From contig CAWKEZ010000082.1 of NCBI GenBank assembly GCA_963848545.1, positions 1 to 55,605 of the forward strand: a DNA stretch of 55,605 nucleotides. The letters are read 5' to 3'. Every line of letters starts with the position of its first letter. Positions within the stretch are counted from its first letter, which is position 1. The position numbers and the translations under genes were made by a program. Positions 48,872 to 55,605 of this stretch are shown piece after piece. The notes beneath the pieces were generated by a model, which worked only from the letters and a program-made list of their open reading frames with translations, searched no databases and had not been told where the DNA came from. This DNA comes from an uncultured Thermoleophilia bacterium (GTDB lineage Bacteria; Actinomycetota; Thermoleophilia; UBA2241).

Positions 48872-49047
48872 GGCCCCTCCTTGGTAGGTGCATGGTGCGT
48901 TCTCGGCCTGACGGTATGGTTAAGCAGGTACGCTCTACGTATCGGAGAGTTGATCTACACCAGGCGCTGCGTCGGCGCAAGCTGCGGGCCGTTTGCCGCC
49001 GTGGGCCGCGCGCGACAGGCGGCACCCGCCTCTGGTACCCTGCCGGC

Positions 49048-49572
49048 ATGAGCAGCAGACCTCCCACCTTGCGCGGTCGTCAGGTGACGCTGCGTCCTCT
49101 CGAGCCCGACGATGCGCCCCTCCTGATTGCCATCCTGGCGCAGCCAGAAGTGGCCGCCTGGTGGCGGCGCGACGAGTGGGAGCGCTTGGACGAGGACGAC
49201 GCCGTCACGTTGGCGATCGCCCGCGAAGGCGCGGTGGTCGGCTGCATCCAGTTCAATGAGGAGACGGACCCCGACTACCGGTCGGCCGCCATCGATATCT
49301 TCGTGGCGGCGTCGGCCCACGGCCGCGGGATCGGCTCCGACGCCCTGCGCACACTGATCGGCTGGCTCATCGCGGCGCGCGGGCATCACCGCTTCACCGT
49401 TGACCCGGCCGTGGCCAACGGGCATGCCATTCACGTCTACGAGAAGCTAGGCTTTCGCCCCGTGGGCGTCTTGCGTCGCTACGAGCGCGTGGCCGACGGC
49501 ACGTGGCGCGATGCCCTGCTCATGGAACTGCTCGCCGAGGAGCTCGTCGGTGAGGAGGCCGGGCGGCGATGA
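49048..49572 (+). CDS. GNAT acetyltransferase (RimJ/AAC(6')-like)
   Basis: VTLRPL, PEVAAWW, IDIFV...HGRGIG, DPAVAN..AIHVYEKLGF. Preceded by TGgTACCCT 6 nt before the ATG. Confidence 0.85.
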   Translation: MSSRPPTLRGRQVTLRPLEPDDAPLLIAILAQPEVAAWWRRDEWERLDEDDAVTLAIAREGAVVGCIQFNEETDPDYRSAAIDIFVAASAHGRGIGSDALRTLIGWLIAARGHHRFTVDPAVANGHAIHVYEKLGFRPVGVLRRYERVADGTWRDALLMELLAEELVGEEAGRR

Positions 49573-50572
49573 CCGCGGCCGTCATGTACCCCAAGATGGA
49601 GCTCCACGTTCACCTGGAGGCGACGGTGCACCCGGAGCGCCTCCTCGAGATGGCACGGCGCAACGACGTGCGGCTGCCGGCCAGGGACGTGGCGGGGCTC
49701 AGGCGATTCTGCCGGTTCACGGATTTCGACCATTTCATCCGCGTCTGGATCAGGACCACCCGGGCACTGTGCCATGAACGCGACTTCCGCCAGGTCGTGG
49801 TCGACTACGCCGCCGACCTGGCGGCACAGGGCTGCGTGTACGCCGAGGCGCTGTTCTCGCCTTCAGAGCCGGTCGCGCGCCGTGGCACGCCGTGGCAGGA
49901 GATCTTCGAGGGCTATTGCAGTGGTGCCCAGGAGGCCCGGGAGACGCACGGCGTGGAGATCAGATTCACGCCCGACATCACGCGCGACTTCCCCGTGGAG
50001 ATCGCCGACCAGGTGGTGAGCTGGGCCGTGCGCTACCGCGCACGCGGGATCGTGGGTATCAGCCTCGGCGGCAGCGAAGCCAGGTTTCCGCCGGAGCTCT
50101 TCGAGAGGCCCTTCGCCGCGGCGCGCGCGGGAGGTCTCAAGGCCGCGCCCCACGCCGGCGAGATCGCCGGGCCGGCCTCGGTACGCGGCGCCCTGAACGT
50201 GCTGCACGCGGATCGCCTGCGGCACGGCGTGCGCGCCGCGGAGGATCCCGGGCTCTCGCCGAGCTGGCCGCGCGTGGTATCGTCTGCGACGTGACGCCCA
50301 CCAGCAACGTGCTCACCGGAGCTGTGCCCTCGCTGGCGCGGCACCCGCTGCCGCGCCTGCTCGCGGCCGGCGTGCGCTGCTCCATCTCGTCGGACGATCC
50401 CGTGCTCATGAACACCCACCTCAGCCGTGAGTGCACCCTCGCCACCGGTCTCGGGCATGCGCCCCGGAACATGTTCGCCCACGCTCTCGCCGGAGCCTTC
50501 TGCGACGACGGTCTCAAGGCGAGATTGCACGCCGTCGGGGAGGCGTTCGACTGGGGCAAGGCTGGGGCATAG
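49569..50572 (+). CDS. add: Adenosine/adenine deaminase family protein (indel near 50255)
   Basis: PKMELHVHLE, PHAGE, RLRHG, PTSN, SSDDP. Confidence 0.88.
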
Positions 50573-50621
50573 GAGAGGCACAGGTCTTCCACGAGGGGAG
50601 CAGGCTGTGCGTAACCCGCGC

Positions 50622-51858
50622 ATGAACGGGGCCCTCGTCGCGTTCGCTGTCATCTTCGGTTTGGCCGCCTTGACCTTGCCGCTGGCGGGGATCGAGCTGC
50701 TGGGCGTGGGGCTCGTCGTGGCGGGAGCCTATTTCGGCGGTGTGCGCGGCGGCCTCGTGACCGCCCTGTGGGCGGTGTTCGTCGCCACGGTGGGCTACTT
50801 CGTGCTGGCCAGCGGCGATCTCACGGCCTTCATCTTCAGCCTCATTGCCTACGGCGCCGTAGGCGTCGGCCTGGGTGTGGGCGTCGATCGCTTCGTGGCA
50901 CAGCGCCGGCGTCTGGAGGATGTCGCCGAGCGTGCCGAGGCGGCGCGTCGCCAGCTCAAGGGTAGCCAGGCGCGCTACCGCCTGCTCTTCGAAGTGAGCA
51001 ACGACGCGGTCTACCTTCACGGCCTCGACGCCGGCGGCGAGCCCACTCGCTTCATGGCCGTTAACGATGCCGCCTGCAAGCTGCTCGGCTACACGCGCGA
51101 AGAGATGCTGGGCCTTACCCCGCGCGCCGTCGAGACGCCGGCCCGGCCGGGGCAGTTGCGCGAGATCATGCAGCGTCTGCTCAAGGAGGAGCGGGTGGTG
51201 TACGAGAGCGTGCGCCAAACGCGCGACGGGCGGCGTGTGCCGGTGGAGATGGGCTCGAGCCTCACCGACGTGGACGGTGAGCTGCTCGTGCTGTCGATCT
51301 CTCGCGACATCACCGGTCGCAAGAAGGCCGAACGGCAGCTCGGCGCTCACCCTGCGCGACGAGCTCACCGGTCTGCTCAACCGGCGCGGTTTCTACGTGA
51401 TGCTCCCCGAGCAGAGCAAGCGGGCCAAGCGGGCCGGCAGCCGTTCTGCTGGTGCTCTACGGCGACATTGACGGCTTCAAGGCCATCAACGACAGATTCG
51501 GCCATGGGCAGGGCGACAAGGTGCTGCAGGCCGTCGCCGCAACTCTGCGCGGCACGTTTCGCGACACCGACCTGTTGGCGCGTCTCGGGGGCGACGAGTT
51601 CTGCGTAGTGGCCGAGGCGACCGTGGACGCCGACCCTGCAGCGCTGACGGACGCCTCGATGAGGCTGTTGCCACCGCCGGCCGCGGGCTCGACCTAAACC
51701 TGAGCCTCAGCCACGGCGCAGTGATTGCCGATTGGAGGGGTCTCGAAGATCCCGACGAGCTGTTGACACGCGTCGACATGTTGATGTACGAGGACAAGCG
51801 CGCGCGACAGCGGGGCAGAGTGAGAGACGCTTCCGCTGAGGTATCCGAGGAAGACTAA
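50622..51858 (+). CDS. Membrane-bound PAS-GGDEF diguanylate cyclase (about 3 indels)
   Basis: Transmembrane helices, PAS (VNDAACKLLGYTREEMLG...RDITGRK), DELTGLLNRR, DIDGFKAIND.FGH, RDTD inhibitory site, RLGGDEF, MYEDK. Confidence 0.88.
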
Positions 51859-51875
51859 ACGCCGGGCGGCCGGGC

Positions 51876-52873
51876 GTGCCGGAGGACGTGGTGGGCACAG
51901 ACGACAGGCGAGCGCACGACCTGCAGGTGGTGCTGGGTGCCGGCGGGGGCATTGGCGGGGCGGTGGTGCGCGAGTTAGTGGGGCAGGGGCGGCGTGTGCG
52001 CGCCGTCACCCGTGGCGGCTACCCCGCCACGGGCGACGGCGCGCAGCCCCCCGCCTCGTACGAGGATTGCGCCGCCGACGTGACCGAGCGCGGGCAGCTT
52101 CGCCGCCGCCCTCGCCGGCGCCGCGTGGTGCTACCACTGTGCCCAGCCGCCTTACCGGCGCTGGCCCAGGAGTTCCCGGCCATGACACGCGGGGTCATGG
52201 AAGAGAGCGCGCAGCCGGCGCGAAACTGGTGTTCGCCGACAACCTCTACATGTATGGCCCCGCCGCCAGCCGCCTCACGGAAGACACGCCGGTGGCGGCG
52301 CGGAGCAAGAAGGGCCGGGTGCGCGCCGCCATCGCCGAGGAGCTCCTGGCGGCGCACCGCGAGGGCCGGCTGCCGGTGGTGATTGCCCGGTCTTCCGACT
52401 ACTACGGGCCGGGCGGTGCCAATTCTGTGGTGGGCGCGCGCTTCTTCAGGGCGGTGCTGGCGAGCAGGAAAGCCCGGTGGTTCGCCGACCTCGACCAGCC
52501 GCACACGCTGGGCTACCTTCCCGACATGGCCCGGGCCTTCGTGACACTGGGCGAGGACGCGACGGCCGATGGCCAAGTGTGGCATCTGCCCGCGGCTCCG
52601 CCTCTAACGGGCCGGCAGTTCGTGGAGCTCGCGGCGCGGGTGGCCGGCTCGTCCGCAATTCCGGCGGTGCTGGGCCTGCGCGGCGTGCGGCTGCTTGGGC
52701 TAGTGGTACCGGTCTTGCGCGAGTTTCCGGAGATCATGGATCAGTGGGACCGGCCGTTCGTCAGCGATACGGGGAAGTTCATGGCAGCCTTTGGACCCTT
52801 CGCGGTTACCCGCCACGAAGACGCTCTGCGAGAGACTCTCGACTGGTACCGGCGCCGGCGCCGCGGCGCCTGA
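51876..52873 (+). CDS. NAD-dependent epimerase/dehydratase family protein (about 2 indels)
   Basis: VLGAGGGIG, LVFADNLYMYG, KKGRVR, RSSDYYGP, YLPDMARA. Confidence 0.85.
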
Positions 52874-52954
52874 TCCGGCCGGTCGCGGGCCGAGGGACGG
52901 CCGGCCGCTGGCGGCGATCGCAGCTGCCGCCCGCGCGGGGGTGCGTCACCAGGC

Positions 52955-52983
52955 TTGCCAGAGTAAACCAGACCTGATAAGGT
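52955..52983 (+). promoter_or_regulatory. Sigma70-type promoter for the DEAD-box helicase
   Basis: TTGCCA-N17-TAAGGT with a TGn extension. Confidence 0.6.
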
Positions 52984-53246
52984 CGGTTTGTGGTAAGGGA
53001 GCCGGTTTCTTGCCCGCGCATCTGGCGCTGGGCCTTCCTCCTCACTCAGACCCCAGACTCTGTGGCAACCGGGCAGTGGTCTGAAAGCGAAAGGAACACT
53101 CGTACCTAAAGAGTCAGGGCGCCCCGAGGGCGACCCCCCAATAGACGTATTCCCGCACATCCCGCAACCCGCCGGTGAGCGGTTTCGCGCGCCCGCGAGT
53201 GATGATGCGCGGCAGGATGCGGAGTCGTCGAGGAAGAGAGCATCTG

Positions 53247-54949
53247 GTGAATCCAGTAAGTGACCCCACCATGGAGAAGAGCGCCCAACCCCAGGGCGAA
53301 GGCGTCTCGCAGCGCCGTCGCCGGCGCGGTGGCCGCGGCCGCGGTCGCGGCGCCGGCGCCGCGACAGGCGCGAGCGCGGCAAGCGGCGTGGCGGGCGCCA
53401 CCGTGAACGCCCAGGGCGCTGCCCCTGCCCGGCCGCAAGCCTCTGACGGTCCCCAGACCGAGCAGCGCACAGACGTGCAGTCTGAGCGCCAGCCTCGGCA
53501 GGGCCAGCATGAGCGCCACGGCCGCCTGGGCGGCGGGTCTGGTCGCGACCACTCCGCTCGCGACCGGGCCCGGGGTCCGCGCCGCGAGCGCGACGATCGC
53601 CGCGGCCCCGGCGTGGATGAGAGCTACCACGAGCGCACTCACGCCGAGCGACCCGCCGGCCCCACGCCGGAGGTCGACCTGCCGCTGTTCGCCGCGCTTG
53701 GCCTGAGCGGCGACCTTCTGGCCGGCGTCGCGGCCATGGGGTACAAGACGCCCACTCCCATCCAGGAGCAAGCCATCCCCCGCGTCCTTGCCGGACGCGA
53801 CGTGGTGGGCTGTGCGCAGACCGGTACCGGCAAGACGGCCGCCTTCGTTCTGCCCATAGTGCAACGCATGAGCAGGCCCGACCGTCGCCGACGGTCGCAC
53901 CGCCCACCCGTCTGCCCTGGTGGTTACGCCCACCCGCGAGCTTTGCGGCCAGATCGAGGAGGTAGGCGAGACCCTCAGCACCTACACCCGTCGCACCGTG
54001 GTGGCCGTGTTCGGTGGGGTGCCATACGACCCCCAGGCGAGGAAGGTGCGCAAGGGCGTCGACCTGCTGGTGGCCACTCCGGGCCGGCTGCTCGACATGC
54101 TGCGGCAGGGCGACATCCTGCTCGACAAGGTCAGCACGCTCGTCCTGGACGAGGCCGACCGCATGCTCGACATGGGCTTCTGGCCAGACGTGAAACGCAT
54201 CATCAACGCCATCCCGTCGAAGCGTCAGAACCTGTTCTTCAGCGCCACCATGAGCAAGCAGGTGCTGAGCATCATCGAGGATACGCTGCACCAGCCGGTG
54301 TTTCATCGAGCTGGGGGGCAGCGCCACGCCAGTGGAGAGCGTGGAGCAGAAGGTGCTGCCGGTCAACCATGACCAGAAGGTCGACCTGCTGGTGGAGTAT
54401 TTCCGCCACCACGACCCCGAGCGCACCCTGGTGTTCACCCGCACGCGACGCCGCGCCGAACGCCTGGCGCGCACCCTCAACAAGGCCGGGATCACCTGTG
54501 AGGCGATCCACGGCGACCGTTCACAGGGCCAGCGCCAACAGGCGCTCGACGGCTTCAAGAAGGGCAAGATCGCCGTGCTGGTGGCCACCGACGTGGTGGC
54601 CCGCGGCATCGACGTAGACGACATTACGCACGTGATCAACTTCGACATCCCCACGAACCCGGAAGATTACGTGCACCGCATCGGGCGCACCGCCAGGGCG
54701 GGCGCCAGCGGCATCGCCGTGAGCCTGCTCACGGGGGAGGACGTGCACGAGCTCAAGGCCATCAAGCGTCTCATCGGCGCCACCCTCGAGCGCCACGACC
54801 TGCCCGAGTTCGACTACGACAAGCGCGCCATCCCGGAGTCACACCAGGTGCAGGCACGTCCAGGCAAGCTGGTGTGGAACGGCGGCGCCCGGCGCTCTGC
54901 CTCTCGAGGCATCAGGCCGCGCGTGCCGCGCCGCAGCGCGGCGCGCTAG
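53247..54949 (+). CDS. DEAD-box RNA helicase with long Arg/Gly-rich N-terminal extension (about 2 indels; start GTG 53247 or ATG 53271)
   Basis: Q motif [60 protein letters not shown]. Confidence 0.93.
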
Positions 54950-55069
54950 GCCGGGAGCCTGCGAAGGGCGGCGGGTCGCTGGCATCCGCCTGATGGGCCG
55001 AGGAGCGGGGCGACGGCCGAAGCCGGCAGGCGTTCGCCTGCCGGCTAGCGCCGCCGCCGCCGCCTTCGC

Positions 55070-55075
55070 TATACT
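55070..55075 (+). promoter_or_regulatory. -10 box upstream of tRNA
   Basis: TATACT 13 nt before the tRNA 5' end. Confidence 0.5.
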
Positions 55076-55088
55076 GCCGTCTCTGCGT

Positions 55089-55164
55089 GGGCGACTAGCT
55101 CAGTTGGGAGAGCGCCAGCTCGACAAGCTGGAGGTCGTTGGTTCAATTCCAACGTCGCCCACCA
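55089..55164 (+). tRNA. tRNA-Val(GAC)
   Basis: 76-nt cloverleaf: GGGCGAC/GTCGCCC acceptor stem, GCTC/GAGC D stem, CCAGC/GCTGG anticodon stem with loop TCGACAA, GTTGG-TTCAATT-CCAAC T arm, encoded A-CCA. Confidence 0.93.
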
Positions 55165-55605
55165 CGTGCGCGGCCAGGCCGTACCGCGGGGGTATAGGGA
55201 CCGGCAGCGCAGGGGAACGAGTTTGCCACACTCGCCCTTTGCTGTGAGCTGGACACGCCTCGCCACTTGCGGTAGTCCACCAGCTGTTACCCCTCGCTGT
55301 GCTGCCGCCGACTGAGTCCCGGGCTGCGATTAGTCTACCGCGAGGCCATGAAGGCGACACGAATCTGGGGTGACGGCTCAAGGGGCTACTCAAAATGGCG
55401 GAGGCGGTGAGCGCTGACGAGGGTTCGGAGAGCAGCGTGACTCTTGCGCTTCTCGACGGTCCGACCGACGCAGTCAAGGCTCTTCCGTCTCGCGTCGATA
55501 GTAGTATTCCGGCTATCGTGTCGATTGTGATGGGAGGCAAGGTATGCCAATTCTGCGTGCAATGCGGCCACCCCACTATGCCGCCTGAGCCTCTTAGCGG
55601 TGATG

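Overview
The window appears to join DNA from two organisms at about position 5397. Bases 1-5397 look alphaproteobacterial (Rhizobiales-like). They carry a partial zinc-ribbon protein gene, a Tat-exported Bug/TctC binding protein, a sulfatase, a beta-hydroxyacid dehydrogenase, two REP-type palindromes and an Mrp/ApbC gene cut near its 3' end. From about 5398 the DNA is a very GC-rich core-chromosome segment of a Gram-positive type, most consistent with deep-branching Actinomycetota such as Thermoleophilia (inference). Gene order: N-terminally truncated dnaE, hisZ-G-D-B-H-A-F, tsaC, rpiB, glyA, dCMP deaminase, wecA-like, a full F1Fo atp operon, murA, a cell-envelope locus (LCP, degenerate LCP, sortase-type small protein, O-antigen-ligase/TPR protein, ugd, NDP-sugar synthase, PMM, PGI/PMI), a PNP-like gene, ahcY, mtnA, a second NDP-sugar synthase, comF, hpf, secA, prfB with its programmed +1 frameshift, a few accessory genes, a DEAD-box helicase and tRNA-Val(GAC). 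About 30 small indels break genes including atpA, atpD and secA, which points to unpolished long-read sequence rather than pseudogenes. The most interesting signals are three operon-embedded genes that keep their family scaffold but lack catalytic motifs (HisG, PNP-like, LCP-like), a candidate surface-protein glycosylation locus, three probable non-canonical start codons (CTG, ATA, ATT), and a long structured leader on the helicase. I saw no CRISPR array, rRNA, transposase or integrase. All calls come from motif recognition by eye; no searches were run.
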